Shown piece after piece: positions 51,734 to 61,812 of a DNA stretch of 64,000 nucleotides; within the stretch, counting starts at the first letter, position 1, and every line of letters starts with the position of its first letter. Below the pieces are notes generated by a model, which saw only the letters and a list, made by a program, of their open reading frames with translations, made no database searches and was not told the DNA's origin. Made by a program: the position numbers and the translations under genes. The stretch is from Armatimonadota bacterium (lineage in GTDB: Bacteria; Armatimonadota; UBA5829; DTLH01). Where the stretch lies: contig JBBRAE010000003.1 in NCBI GenBank assembly GCA_038207085.1, positions 96,001 to 160,000 on the forward strand. Direction: 5' to 3'.

Positions 51734-52774
51734 CTCGGCTACATGCGTCAGCAGGAGACGCTCCGGGCGCTGAAATCGCTTGGGATCCCCGAAGACCACG
51801 TCACATTCCTCGGTTACCCGAACCAGTATCTGAACCAGATGTGGTCAACCGAGCACTGGCTCCCTGACAACCCTGTTAGGTCCGTGCGAACCGACTCAAC
51901 AAGCTCGCCATACAACAACTCACTTACGCCAAACGCCGTCTTCTGCGGCGAATCGATGCTCGGGGACGTGCGAAAGGTCCTCTTGCGCGTAAAACCCGAC
52001 GTGGTAGTCACGATCCACCCGAACGACATTCACATCGACCACTGGCCGACAGGCGCAGTCGTCAGATTCACCCTGATGGAGTTTGCCCACAACGCGCGGC
52101 TGTACACCTATCTCATCCACCGCGACCTCTGGCCGGTCCCTCGGTCCTACCGCCCCAGGCTTGCGCTAGACCATCCTCAGGCGCTCGAGCCGCCCCAGAC
52201 ACTGAAGAAGCACCAAGCGATCGCAATGTACAAAACACAAGGCGGCAACATCGACCCACTGCTCAGAGCATTTGCCCGTCGAAACGACTTGTTTGCCCTC
52301 GTACCGGTCGGAGTATGGCCCGGCAGGATTTCACTCGGGCAGAGTCTCATCATCCGGGACTCGGTCGCCGACAGAATCGCCAACCGCGAGCACCCCTACG
52401 CAGACATCCAACTCGTTCACGTCCGATTGGTCGGCGGCAGGCTCGCATTCCAGGTAACGCTGAGAGACTCGACAAAGCCGGGAGTCACTTACCACCTATC
52501 ACTACATTCGGGAGGAGTCGGCTCGCAAGACAGAACTATTGCCTACTACCATTGGAGCGGCCCAGACGCCTTTGGAAGCGCGATCCGTTCCGGCAGACTG
52601 GAAGACATAGACAACTCCACCCTGGCAGGCGCGGTCACAGCAAACGTGGCAAGCATCGAACTTCCCTCCCCACTAGAGGACGGTACACGGTTTATAATGG
52701 TGAAATCCTGGACCACGATGGCCTCGAAAGTGATCGACGAAACTGCCGAAACCGCCTTCGCAGTCACCCCTTAG
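51731..52774 (+). pseudogene. N-terminally truncated PIG-L/LmbE-family deacetylase
   Basis: LGYMRQQE, FLGYP, PDVVVTIHPNDIHIDH and YTYLIH are present; the N-terminal HPDD metal motif is absent. Confidence 0.65.
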
Positions 52775-52800
52775 AGCAGCCCATTATTCGCAGACCATGC

Positions 52801-52855
52801 TTGAAAGAAGCTCGACTATTGTGCTATTATCAATATGGTATGTTAGCGCATTACG
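52801..52855 (+). promoter_or_regulatory. Putative promoter and LacI-type operator
   Basis: TTGAAA-N18-TATTAT (TGn-extended), followed by ATGTTAGCGCATTAC. Confidence 0.4.
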
Positions 52856-53003
52856 CACCGCAGCGGCAGAAGTGTCGCGGTGGCGCGGCGCTACTGTGCC
52901 AGCCTTTCAGAGTGGCCCTACCCGGTCACAGGGCGGTCGTATAACTTCGCGCGGCACAAACTCATTTGGCCGCGTTTCCCATTTTTTGCAAGGAGGACTT
53001 GTA

Positions 53004-54152
53004 ATGGCGGAAATGAAAGTGCCGTTCTACGGACACGTTCGGCAGTATCACAATTTGAAAGAGGACATCGATAAGGCTATCAGCGGTGTCCTGGAGAGCG
53101 GCATCTACACGCTCGGCCCTGTTATGAAGCGATTCGAAGGCGAGCTTGCCCAGTATATGGGGATGAAGCACGCGCTCGGGCTGAACTCTGGAACCGATGC
53201 ACTGTGGCTTGTATTCCTGGCTATGGGCATCGGCGAGGGCGATGAGGTCATTACCACATCGAACACCTTCTTCGCGACCGCTGAGGCCGTCTGGCTTGTC
53301 GGCGCGACCCCTGTGTTTGTGGACGTAGACCCGGCAACCCGCAACATCGACGTAACCAAGATCGAAGAAAAGATCACCCCCAAGACCAAGGCGATTATCC
53401 CCGTGCACCTCTACGGTCAGCCGGCGGATATGCCTGCGGTTGCCGCGATCGCAAAGAAGCACAACCTGCTCGTGATCGAGGACTGCGCTCAGGCGCTCGG
53501 CGCGGCAGGCGATGGTTGGAAGATAGGTGAGCTTTCCGACGCTGTTGCGACAAGCTTCATCACCGCGAAAAACCTCGGCACCTTTGGTGACTCCGGCGCG
53601 GTTATGTTCAACAACGATGCCTACCTTGAGCCGATCACCAAACTCCGAAATCATGGCTCCAGCAAGAGATCGATCCACTCAGTCGGTTGGAACAGCCGTC
53701 TGGACGAGATCCATGCCGCGATCCTGTCAGTCAAGCTGAAGCACATCGATGAGTTCAACGATAACCGCATCGCGCGTGCCAAGCAGTACGATGAGCTCCT
53801 TGCAGGAACTTCGCTCAAGCTGCCTTCCGGCAAGGCCGGTTACAGGCATGTCTACCACCTCTATGTGGTCGAGACTCCGAAGAGAGACGAGCTGCAGGCG
53901 TTCCTTTCCGAGCGCGGCATCACCGCTCTTACCAACTACCCGGTCGCCATCCATCAGCAGGACGGATTCCCGTTCGGCGCAGGCGACCCGAGCCCGGTTC
54001 TCCCCGAGACCGAGCTGAACTCCGCCCAGTGCCTGTCGCTGCCGATGTACCCAGAGCTCACAGCTGAAGAGTGCAAGTACGTCGCCGACGCAGTGGTCGA
54101 GTGGGATCAGTTGAACAACAGCCAGAAGGGCTGTTGCTGCTGCTGCAAGTAA
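53004..54152 (+). CDS. DegT/DnrJ/EryC1/StrS PLP-dependent sugar aminotransferase
   Basis: NSGTDAL, VHLYGQ, EDCAQA, SFITAKNLG, NSRLDE, LSLPMYP; AGGAGG RBS before ATG 53004. Confidence 0.95.
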   Translation: MAEMKVPFYGHVRQYHNLKEDIDKAISGVLESGIYTLGPVMKRFEGELAQYMGMKHALGLNSGTDALWLVFLAMGIGEGDEVITTSNTFFATAEAVWLVGATPVFVDVDPATRNIDVTKIEEKITPKTKAIIPVHLYGQPADMPAVAAIAKKHNLLVIEDCAQALGAAGDGWKIGELSDAVATSFITAKNLGTFGDSGAVMFNNDAYLEPITKLRNHGSSKRSIHSVGWNSRLDEIHAAILSVKLKHIDEFNDNRIARAKQYDELLAGTSLKLPSGKAGYRHVYHLYVVETPKRDELQAFLSERGITALTNYPVAIHQQDGFPFGAGDPSPVLPETELNSAQCLSLPMYPELTAEECKYVADAVVEWDQLNNSQKGCCCCCK

Positions 54153-54237
54153 TATAAGCTAACCCTACGGCAGCCGGACACGTCCACACGGGCGAGACCC
54201 GGCTGTCGTTCTACTATGTGTCCACAAAGAGGCAACC

Positions 54238-55260
54238 ATGAGTGACAAGATCTATACCGTCGCCATAGCCGGCTGCGGCAAGCGCGGCAAGGTTCATGCC
54301 GACGTCTTCCATAAGAACCCCCGATTTCAGGTAGTCGGGCTCTCTGACGTCGACGAAACGAGAATGCAGGAAGCAGCGGCGCTTTGCGGCTCCCCCGCGC
54401 TCTTCGCCGACGCAACCGAGATGCTCCAGACCACAAAACCCGACGTATTCTGCTTCTGCACCCCACCAACCGTCAGGCTTCCACTGGTGAAGGCCGGATG
54501 CGACGCGGGCGTCAAGCTTATCGCTTACGAAAAGCCGATGGCGACCAATATGACTGAAGCGATCGAGATGCGGGACATGATGCGCGCGGCGGGCGTGAAA
54601 AGCGTCCAGAGCCATCAGCGCAAGTATAACATCCAGTTCCAGAAGACCAAGGATATCATCGACTCCGGCGCGCTCGGACAGATCCACACCATCTACGCGA
54701 CCGCTACCGGGTGGATGATGCACATGGCCACACACCTCGCCGACTACATCAACTGGTTCAACGGCAACGCCGACGTGGAGTACGTAATCGGTCAGGCCGA
54801 CGGCAAGGAGAAGTTCTCCGATGGCCACCCGTCCCCCGACTATATTGGTGGGTTCATCCAGTTCAAGAACGGCGTACGCGGCATCCTTGAGACCGGATCC
54901 CTCGCCCCGGACGTTCCCGAGGTTGAATACTGGTGGAGAAAAGTCCGTATCGGCGCACAGGGGACCGAAGGGTTCGCCGAGTGCTTCGTCGGCGGCGGAT
55001 ATCGCGCCGTCACCAAGAGCCGAGGCTATGAGTCGAGCGACGAAGGCACCTGGGATGCCGATCACGAGCAGGATCCCTACATCGAGGACATCGCCCTTTG
55101 GCTCGACGGCACAAAAGAGCACCCCTGCGACGGAGAAATCGGATTTAAAGACGCAGAAATTATGTGCGGGCTGATGAGAAGCGTAGTGGAGCGAAAGAAG
55201 ATCGACTTCCCGCTCACGCCAGGTCCGAATGAGCTCGAAATGCTTGAGAAGACGCTGTAA
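54238..55260 (+). CDS. Gfo/Idh/MocA-family NAD(P)-dependent oxidoreductase
   Basis: AIAGCGKRG, CTPP, YEKPM, HQRKY, MATH. Confidence 0.9.
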   Translation: MSDKIYTVAIAGCGKRGKVHADVFHKNPRFQVVGLSDVDETRMQEAAALCGSPALFADATEMLQTTKPDVFCFCTPPTVRLPLVKAGCDAGVKLIAYEKPMATNMTEAIEMRDMMRAAGVKSVQSHQRKYNIQFQKTKDIIDSGALGQIHTIYATATGWMMHMATHLADYINWFNGNADVEYVIGQADGKEKFSDGHPSPDYIGGFIQFKNGVRGILETGSLAPDVPEVEYWWRKVRIGAQGTEGFAECFVGGGYRAVTKSRGYESSDEGTWDADHEQDPYIEDIALWLDGTKEHPCDGEIGFKDAEIMCGLMRSVVERKKIDFPLTPGPNELEMLEKTL

Positions 55261-55288
55261 AGTGTCTCTGCACTAACAACAAAACTAG

Positions 55289-55325
55289 AAAAGGCCCGAA
55301 CTTCCACAGTTCGGGCCTTTATTTC
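55289..55325. terminator. Bidirectional Rho-independent terminator
   Basis: AAAAGGCCCGAAC...GTTCGGGCCTTTATTT between convergent genes. Confidence 0.8.
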
Positions 55326-55331
55326 TTATCT

Positions 55332-55565
55332 CTAATTCCTGTAACGCCAGTTGATCACACCGAGCGACCACAACCCTGATATCGGGGCGAGTGACACACG
55401 AGGCAACGGCCTGCGCAGGATCAAGGGAAGAAGCACAAGCAGTATCGCGAGGCAAAGAGATCCGCCGACGTACCGCATGGCGCGGCACACCAGGATCCAC
55501 GTCGTCAAAGCGGTCGTCACGAACGCCATCAGCACAAGACTCGAAACAACATACAGGTATTTCAT
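55332..55565 (-). CDS. Small hydrophobic membrane protein (77 aa)
   Basis: GGAAGGAGAGG RBS before ATG 55565; TGGTATAAT upstream; two to three hydrophobic segments; ends at the terminator. Confidence 0.55.
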   Translation of the reverse strand: MKYLYVVSSLVLMAFVTTALTTWILVCRAMRYVGGSLCLAILLVLLPLILRRPLPRVSLAPISGLWSLGVINWRYRN

Positions 55566-55796
55566 GTGCCTCTCCTTCCACCTACAACTGATGCAACAGT
55601 TCAAAAAGAGACTTAACGTTACACCATCTCATCAGTAGAGAACAGCATCATACTGCTCCACCCTGCCAGCATTATACCACATATTCGACGGAATATCGCT
55701 CAGTACAAACGATAGAGTCGTGTGCCGCAAAACTTGCCCCTCTGGGCATCGACTCGCGACTCACGACTCTCAACTTCAGAAATATCACTCGACAAC

Positions 55797-56189
55797 TTAA
55801 CGCTTCGAGAACTGGAATCCTCTTCTTGCTCTCTTGCGCCCGTATTTCTTCCGCTCTTTAACGCGGGGATCTCGGGTCAAGAATCCAAGCTTTCGCAGGA
55901 TGGGACGGGTATCACCGATCTCAAGCAGAGCCTTGGAAATACCATGTCTGATCGCTCCGGCCTGTCCGGCGATTCCGCCACCAAGGCACTGTGCGGTGAC
56001 ATCGAACTTGCCGACTGCATCAACTGCCTCAAACGGCTGCTGGATGATCATCTCAAGCGTCTTTCGCCCAAGATACTTTGTCATAGCGCGCCCGTTGATT
56101 GTGATGGTGCCTTCACCTGGGGTCAGCCACACCTTAGCGGTGGCGTTCTTGCGATGACCCGTTGCGTAGTATCGTACGGTCTCCTCCAA
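55797..56189 (-). CDS. rpsI: 30S ribosomal protein S9
   Basis: [26 protein letters not shown]. Confidence 0.98.
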   Translation of the reverse strand: MEETVRYYATGHRKNATAKVWLTPGEGTITINGRAMTKYLGRKTLEMIIQQPFEAVDAVGKFDVTAQCLGGGIAGQAGAIRHGISKALLEIGDTRPILRKLGFLTRDPRVKERKKYGRKRARRGFQFSKR

Positions 56190-56203
56190 AGGATAATTCC
56201 TCC

Positions 56204-56632
56204 CTATACCAAATCCAACTTAACAGGCTGCTGCGCCTCGTGCGGATGCTCCGCGCCGGCGTAGACCTTGAGCTTTGTCATAATCTGAGCACCGAGTTTA
56301 TTGTGGGGGATCATACCCTTTACAGCTCTCTCGATGGATCTCTCAGGCTTGGTTTCAAACATTTTGCCGCGAGTTATCTGGCGGATTCCGCCAGGGTACA
56401 TCGTATGCCAATAGATCGGCTCCTCGGCCTTGTTGCCGGTGAGCTTTGCCTTCGCGGCATTGATAACGATCACAAAATCGCCGGTATCCACGTGCGGGGT
56501 GAAAATCGGCTTGTGCTTCCCTCTCAGGATCTTCGCAACCTGCGAGGCTAGCCGGCCGACAGACATATCCGTTGCGTCAACCACATACCACTTTCGAACC
56601 AGTTCGTGTGGTTTAGCCACATATGATTTCAT
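56204..56632 (-). CDS. rplM: 50S ribosomal protein L13
   Basis: [34 protein letters not shown]. Confidence 0.98.
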   Translation of the reverse strand: MKSYVAKPHELVRKWYVVDATDMSVGRLASQVAKILRGKHKPIFTPHVDTGDFVIVINAAKAKLTGNKAEEPIYWHTMYPGGIRQITRGKMFETKPERSIERAVKGMIPHNKLGAQIMTKLKVYAGAEHPHEAQQPVKLDLV

Positions 56633-57363
56633 TAATAGGTTACCTCCACAAGCACCAACCCCTGAGGTGGCGCCGTCCTACCGGCCAGCCGCCGGTCTTT
56701 AGCTTCAAGTATGAATTGCACATCGTCCGGCGTCCGCCTCCCCTGCCCAACTTCAACGAGTGTTCCAACAACAATCCTCGCCATGCTGTGCAAAAACGCG
56801 TTCGCTCTGATGCCAAATACGATCTCGTCCCCCGCACGGCTTATCGAGAGCTCCGTAAGCTCCCGCACCCTGCTGGGGGTGTCCATAACCGCCGAAAACG
56901 ATGTAAAATCGTGCTTTCCAAACAGATACTCCGCACCACGGCGCATCAAGTCGATATCCGTTGCGTGCGGGACATACCAGTGGAACCTCCCGCCAAGCGC
57001 GGACGGGTTCTCACGGTTTAGTATAACGTATCTGTAAGATCTTGACCTGGCCGAATGCCGCGCATGAAAGTCCTGCGGCATCTCGACTGCCTCCCGCGCG
57101 ACTATGTCCCGGGAAAGCAGGGAGTTCAGCGCAACGGGGATCCGCTCAACCGGGATCGTCCCCGTGGTCCTGAAGCTCACCACCTGGCCCACAGCGTGCA
57201 CTCCGGCGTCAGTCCTGCCGGCACCCGCTATGTGAATCGATTCTTTCGTGATTCGGGACAAGGCCCACTCAAGTTCGCCCTGGATGGTTCTGCGCCCCGG
57301 ATGCCTTTGGAACCCCATATATTCCGTTCCGTCATACTCGACGGTCACTTTCAGGTTCCGCAT
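56632..57363 (-). CDS. truA: tRNA pseudouridine(38-40) synthase
   Basis: [33 protein letters not shown]. Confidence 0.97.
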   Translation of the reverse strand: MRNLKVTVEYDGTEYMGFQRHPGRRTIQGELEWALSRITKESIHIAGAGRTDAGVHAVGQVVSFRTTGTIPVERIPVALNSLLSRDIVAREAVEMPQDFHARHSARSRSYRYVILNRENPSALGGRFHWYVPHATDIDLMRRGAEYLFGKHDFTSFSAVMDTPSRVRELTELSISRAGDEIVFGIRANAFLHSMARIVVGTLVEVGQGRRTPDDVQFILEAKDRRLAGRTAPPQGLVLVEVTY

Positions 57364-57413
57364 AATAATAAGCTATCAGCAGTCAGAAGTCTATCACCGC
57401 TGACTGCCGACCA

Positions 57414-57773
57414 CTAATCCTCAGCAATCAGTTCGAGCTTGACCATCGGCGCAGCGTCTCCGCGGCGGAACCCGATTCTGGTCATCCTGGTGTAGCCACC
57501 GGGACGCTCCACGAACTTCGGCGCAATCTGATCGAAAAGCTTCTTTACGAGCGTCTCGTCGTTCAGAATCTTTCTTGCCTGCCTGCGCGAATGGATCGTG
57601 TTATCCTTTGCTCTGGTGATCACCTTCTCGGCAATGGCACGTGCCTCTTTTGCGCGTGTTTCCGTTGTTTCAATTGTCTCATGCAGGAGAAGCGAGCGCA
57701 CCAGACCTCTCAAGAGGGCAAGCCTCTGGTCGGACGGCAGGCCGAACTTTCTCCCGGCTATTCTATGTCGCAT
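57414..57773 (-). CDS. rplQ: 50S ribosomal protein L17
   Basis: MRHR, RPGGYTR, RRGDAA. Confidence 0.98.
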   Translation of the reverse strand: MRHRIAGRKFGLPSDQRLALLRGLVRSLLLHETIETTETRAKEARAIAEKVITRAKDNTIHSRRQARKILNDETLVKKLFDQIAPKFVERPGGYTRMTRIGFRRGDAAPMVKLELIAED

Positions 57774-57903
57774 CTTTTACGCTAACCTACCTTCGTCAAG
57801 CTAAGAGTGTATCCCAACCCTTTGAATAGAATGGGGAGTGTATCCGCCTTTCCAGAACAGCTTTCACCGTTCCCGGGCTCGGATACACTCTAATGATCTC
57901 AGG

Positions 57904-58986
57904 TTATTCCTCGTCTTCGTCCTCGGACACGTCCTCGGAGGATTCTTCCTCGCCAGCCGTTTCCTGGACATCATCGAGCTCTTCGTCCATATCCTCATCG
58001 GAGTCCGCCGTAGCAAGAATGATCCCTGCCTCGCCGTCTCTCGACTTGCGCAAACCAAGACCAAGCATCGCGAGCTTGTCCTTGACCTCGTTAAGCGACT
58101 TCTTACCGAAGTTCCTGATGTTCATCAGGTCGGTCTCGCTGTACTGCACCAACTCACCGATGGTAAGTATGTTCGCCTTCTTCAGACAGTTGTATGTGCG
58201 CACAGAGAAGTCCAGCTCCTCAATACGCGCATCGGGTGCCTGCGGTCCGCCGGCAATACCCTCGCTGCCAAAGTCAGCAAACCCTGTTCTCGGTCTGTTA
58301 GAGAAGTCAAAGAACAGCCTAAGGTGCTTGTCGATGATCTTGGCGGCGTCGCTGATCGCGTCGCTCGGTCCAAGGGTCCCGTTGGTCCAAACCTCAAGCA
58401 CAAGCCGGTCGTAGTCGGTCTTGTGTCCGACTCGGGTCGGCTCCACAGTGTAGCTGACCTTTCTAACCGGAGTGAAAAGCGCGCCTACTGGGATAACCCC
58501 AATAGTCTGCCTTCCTCTTTCCTGCTTGTCGGGCGGCACATATCCTTTGCCGACTTCAACACTCATCTCCATCTTAAGATGCGCAGTCTGATCGTCAAGA
58601 GTCGCGATGTGAACCTCAGGGTTGACGATATCAATCTCGGGCGGACACTTAATGTCCGCACCGGTCACGTCGCCGGGTCCGTGCACGTCGATCTCGAGCC
58701 GGGGCTCGGTGTTCGCCGCGCCATCGCGCATCCTGACATTGACCTCGCGCATGTTGAGGATGAGCTCTGTGCAGTCTTCCTTGACACCAGGTATCGTGGA
58801 AAACTCATGGAGCACACCATCAATCTTGATTGTCGTTATCGCCGCCCCAGGAATAGACGAGAGCATAACGCGCCGGAGGCTGTTGCCGATAGTGGTGCCA
58901 AAGCCCCGTTCCAGCGGCTCGATAACGAACTTGCCGTAGCCATCGTTTTCTTCCAGCGACTCAATGCGCGGCGTTACCATATCCAT
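57904..58986 (-). CDS. rpoA: RNA polymerase alpha subunit (acidic C-terminal tail)
   Basis: EPLERGFGTTIGNSLRR, HEFSTIPGVKED, SVRTYNCLK, NFGKKS. Confidence 0.98.
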   Translation of the reverse strand: MDMVTPRIESLEENDGYGKFVIEPLERGFGTTIGNSLRRVMLSSIPGAAITTIKIDGVLHEFSTIPGVKEDCTELILNMREVNVRMRDGAANTEPRLEIDVHGPGDVTGADIKCPPEIDIVNPEVHIATLDDQTAHLKMEMSVEVGKGYVPPDKQERGRQTIGVIPVGALFTPVRKVSYTVEPTRVGHKTDYDRLVLEVWTNGTLGPSDAISDAAKIIDKHLRLFFDFSNRPRTGFADFGSEGIAGGPQAPDARIEELDFSVRTYNCLKKANILTIGELVQYSETDLMNIRNFGKKSLNEVKDKLAMLGLGLRKSRDGEAGIILATADSDEDMDEELDDVQETAGEEESSEDVSEDEDEE

Positions 58987-59004
58987 ATTCGATTCACTCC
59001 GTCC

Positions 59005-59634
59005 TTATCTCGAGTAGAACTCGACGATTAGGGACTCCTGGACGTCAGTGTCGATCTCGTCGCGGATCGGCGCTGAAAGAACGGTCCCGCTCATTTTGTT
59101 CGCGTCGAACCGCAGCCAGGCCGGGATCCCCCGTCCACCTGAGCTCTCGATAGCAGCCTGAAGAGCGGACATTCCCCGCGCCCCTTCAGCGATATCGATG
59201 ACATCGTTCGGCCTGAGCAATGCGGACGCAATGTCCAACCGATGGCCATTAACGAAAACGTGACCGTGGTTCACGAACTGACGCGCCTGGGCTCTTGAGG
59301 ATGCAAGTCCCAACCTGTAAACAATGTTGTCGAGCCTGAGCTCCAGCAACTGAAGCACGTTCTCACCGGTTACGCCCTTGCGTCTGACGGCTTCCTTCAT
59401 ATAATTGCGGAACTGGCCTTCACGTACGCCATAAATTCTCCGCATCTTCTGTTTTTCTCGAAGCTGAACCCCATAATCAGAGAGTTTCTTCTGTCTACCC
59501 TGACCGTGCTGGCCAGGAGCATACTGACGCCTCTCAACCGGACACTTCCGGGAAAAGCACTTGTCTCCCTTGAGATACAGCTTCTCCAATTCGCGCCTGC
59601 ACAACCTGCAGACGGCGCTTCCCTGAGTTGCCAT
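59005..59634 (-). CDS. rpsD: 30S ribosomal protein S4 (Zn-binding type)
   Basis: CRLCRR, PGQHG, QLREKQK, LELRLDN, IVEFYSR. Confidence 0.98.
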   Translation of the reverse strand: MATQGSAVCRLCRRELEKLYLKGDKCFSRKCPVERRQYAPGQHGQGRQKKLSDYGVQLREKQKMRRIYGVREGQFRNYMKEAVRRKGVTGENVLQLLELRLDNIVYRLGLASSRAQARQFVNHGHVFVNGHRLDIASALLRPNDVIDIAEGARGMSALQAAIESSGGRGIPAWLRFDANKMSGTVLSAPIRDEIDTDVQESLIVEFYSR

Positions 59635-59658
59635 ACTTTGCCTATTCTCCTTGGAACG

Positions 59659-60054
59659 CTACACCCGGCGCCGCTTCGGCGGCCTGCAACCGTTGTGCGG
59701 GATCGGCGTGCAATCCTTGATCATGCTAACTTCGAGCCCGACTGCCTGCAGAGACCTAATAGCGGTCTCCCTGCCAGATCCGGGACCCTTTACAAGAACA
59801 TCAATCCGCTTGAGCCCGTGCTCCATAGCTCTGCGAGCAGCCGACTCAGCGGCCATCTGGGCTGCAAACGGAGTGCCCTTCTTAGTTCCTTTAAATCCCA
59901 CCGTGCCAGAACTAGCCCACGAGATCAAGTTCCCGTTGACGTCCGTGATGGACACGATTGTGTTATTGAACGTGCTCTGGATATGGGCCACGCCTTGAGC
60001 AATGTTCTTTTTCTCTTTCGGCTTGACCCGAGCCGTCGTTGTCTTTCTAGCCAA
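59659..60054 (-). CDS. rpsK: 30S ribosomal protein S11
   Basis: [32 protein letters not shown]. Confidence 0.98.
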   Translation of the reverse strand: MARKTTTARVKPKEKKNIAQGVAHIQSTFNNTIVSITDVNGNLISWASSGTVGFKGTKKGTPFAAQMAAESAARRAMEHGLKRIDVLVKGPGSGRETAIRSLQAVGLEVSMIKDCTPIPHNGCRPPKRRRV

Positions 60055-60072
60055 GCTAAGGACCTCCTAAGC

Positions 60073-60151
60073 TCAATTTCAGATTTGAGATTGCAGGTTG
60101 CAGATCAGTTTCCTGCAATCTGCAATTTGAAATCTGCAATTACGATTTCAG
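60073..60151. repeat. Inverted heptamer tandem-repeat tract between rpsM and rpsK
   Basis: GATTTGA GATTGCA GGTTGCA GAT ... AATCTGC AATTTGA AATCTGC AAT. Confidence 0.7.
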
Positions 60152-60152
60152 A

Positions 60153-60530
60153 CTATTTTGCCTTCTTCCTTTTCGCGCCAACCGTCCTCCTCGGACCTTT
60201 GCGCGTTCGGGCATTGGTGCTAGTTCTCTGCCCTCTTACAGGAAGACCGCGGCGATGCCGAATCCCTCTGTAGGACCCAATCTCCATAAGCCTGCGGATG
60301 TTCATCGAGAACTGCCGTCTCAGGTCGCCTTCAACCTGATACTCACGCTCGATAACCTCTCTAAGCCTGGCGACCTCACCCTCGGTCAGGTCTCGCACCC
60401 GCGTATCCACCGACACACCAGCCTGCTCGAGAATATTCTTGCTCGAGGTTAGCCCGATGCCGAATATATAGGTTAGGGCAATCTCTACTCTTTTGTCTCT
60501 CGGAAGGTCAACTCCCGCAATTCTTGCCAA
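60153..60530 (-). CDS. rpsM: 30S ribosomal protein S13
   Basis: [26 protein letters not shown]. Confidence 0.98.
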   Translation of the reverse strand: MARIAGVDLPRDKRVEIALTYIFGIGLTSSKNILEQAGVSVDTRVRDLTEGEVARLREVIEREYQVEGDLRRQFSMNIRRLMEIGSYRGIRHRRGLPVRGQRTSTNARTRKGPRRTVGAKRKKAK

Positions 60531-60549
60531 GTTCAGCCTCCTCCGTTGC

Positions 60550-60666
60550 CTACCCCTGCCTCTGTTTGTGCTTGGGGTACTGCTTGCAGATCACGCGCAG
60601 GACGCCTTCCCGCTTAACGATCTTACACTTATCACACATTTTCTTAACCGACGCTCTTACCTTCAA
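60550..60666 (-). CDS. rpmJ: 50S ribosomal protein L36 (38 aa, Zn-binding type)
   Basis: Below the ORF-track cutoff; hand translation from [50 protein letters not shown]. Confidence 0.97.
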   Translation of the reverse strand: MKVRASVKKMCDKCKIVKREGVLRVICKQYPKHKQRQG

Positions 60667-60810
60667 CGTTGTTCTCCTTGGGAGAGCTCTTGCTGCTGGC
60701 TCTTAGCCATTAGCAGTCAGCACTACCCTACTCCCCGCAGACTCCGACGTGAGCTTCGGAACCTTAAGGAAACAGGCTGATGCCGGTAGCTAACACCTAC
60801 TAGCCTCTCG

Positions 60811-61032
60811 CTATTTATACCTGTAAACGATCCTGCCTCGGGTGAGATCGTAGGGCGAAAGCTCCATAAGCACCCTGTCACCAGGAAGGATCTTGATGAA
60901 GTGCATCCTGATCTTCCCTGAAACGTGTGCCAGCACCTTGTGCCCATTTGCAAGCTCTACACGAAACGTAGCGTTCGGTAGAGTCTCGGTAACCACACCT
61001 TCGACTTCAATCGCTTTCTCTTTATCGGCCAC
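60811..61032 (-). CDS. infA: Translation initiation factor IF-1
   Basis: [25 protein letters not shown]. Confidence 0.98.
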   Translation of the reverse strand: MADKEKAIEVEGVVTETLPNATFRVELANGHKVLAHVSGKIRMHFIKILPGDRVLMELSPYDLTRGRIVYRYK

Positions 61033-61038
61033 TTTTAT

Positions 61039-61812
61039 TTACAGCCTCGATTCTTCATTACGCCGCAGCGTTAAGATGTCAGGCCCCTGCCTAGTAATAG
61101 CCACTGTGTGCTCGAAGTGAGCGCTCAGCTTCTCGTCCGCCGTAACAATAGTCCAGCGGTCTTTCAGCTGAATCACTTCGAACGTGCCCGCGTTGACCAT
61201 AGGCTCAATCGCAAGAGTCATACCATCTTGCAGCGCAACGCTCTTCCCGGGCGTCCGGAAGTTCGGCACCTGTGGGTCCTCGTGCATCTGGGTTCCAATG
61301 CCGTGTCCCACAAGATCCCTCACGACCGAATAGCCGTGCTTCTCCGCATAATTCTGAATCGCCGCGCCGATGTCAACAAGCTTGTTGCCGACTCTCGCCT
61401 CCGCGATCCCTTTGAACAGAGCTTCACGAGTAACCTGCAGCAGTCGTTTTGCCTCCTCAGAGACTTCTCCGACCGCTACGGTCAAAGCGGAGTCACCGTG
61501 ATAACCATCCACGATGGCCCCGATATCAATGCCTACAACGTCCCCGGACTGAATCACCCGTTCATCTGACGGTATTCCGTGCACAACTTCTTCGTTGACA
61601 GCGACGCATACCGTGTTGGGGTATCCCCGGTAACCTTTGAAAGATGAGATGCCGCCGTGCTCGTTGATCACTTTCTCAGCAAGACGGTCCAGGTCAAGAG
61701 TTGTGGTCTTGCCCGGAACGATCGATGCCTCGAGCACCTCAAGTGTGCGGGCGACAACCTGCCCAGCTACACGCATCTTTTCAATTTCCGCAGGCTTCTT
61801 AATCTTTATCAT
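61039..61812 (-). CDS. map: Type I methionine aminopeptidase
   Basis: NEEVVHGIP, GYHGDSA, GHGIG, AIEPM, SAHFEHT. Confidence 0.98.
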   Translation of the reverse strand: MIKIKKPAEIEKMRVAGQVVARTLEVLEASIVPGKTTTLDLDRLAEKVINEHGGISSFKGYRGYPNTVCVAVNEEVVHGIPSDERVIQSGDVVGIDIGAIVDGYHGDSALTVAVGEVSEEAKRLLQVTREALFKGIAEARVGNKLVDIGAAIQNYAEKHGYSVVRDLVGHGIGTQMHEDPQVPNFRTPGKSVALQDGMTLAIEPMVNAGTFEVIQLKDRWTIVTADEKLSAHFEHTVAITRQGPDILTLRRNEESRL

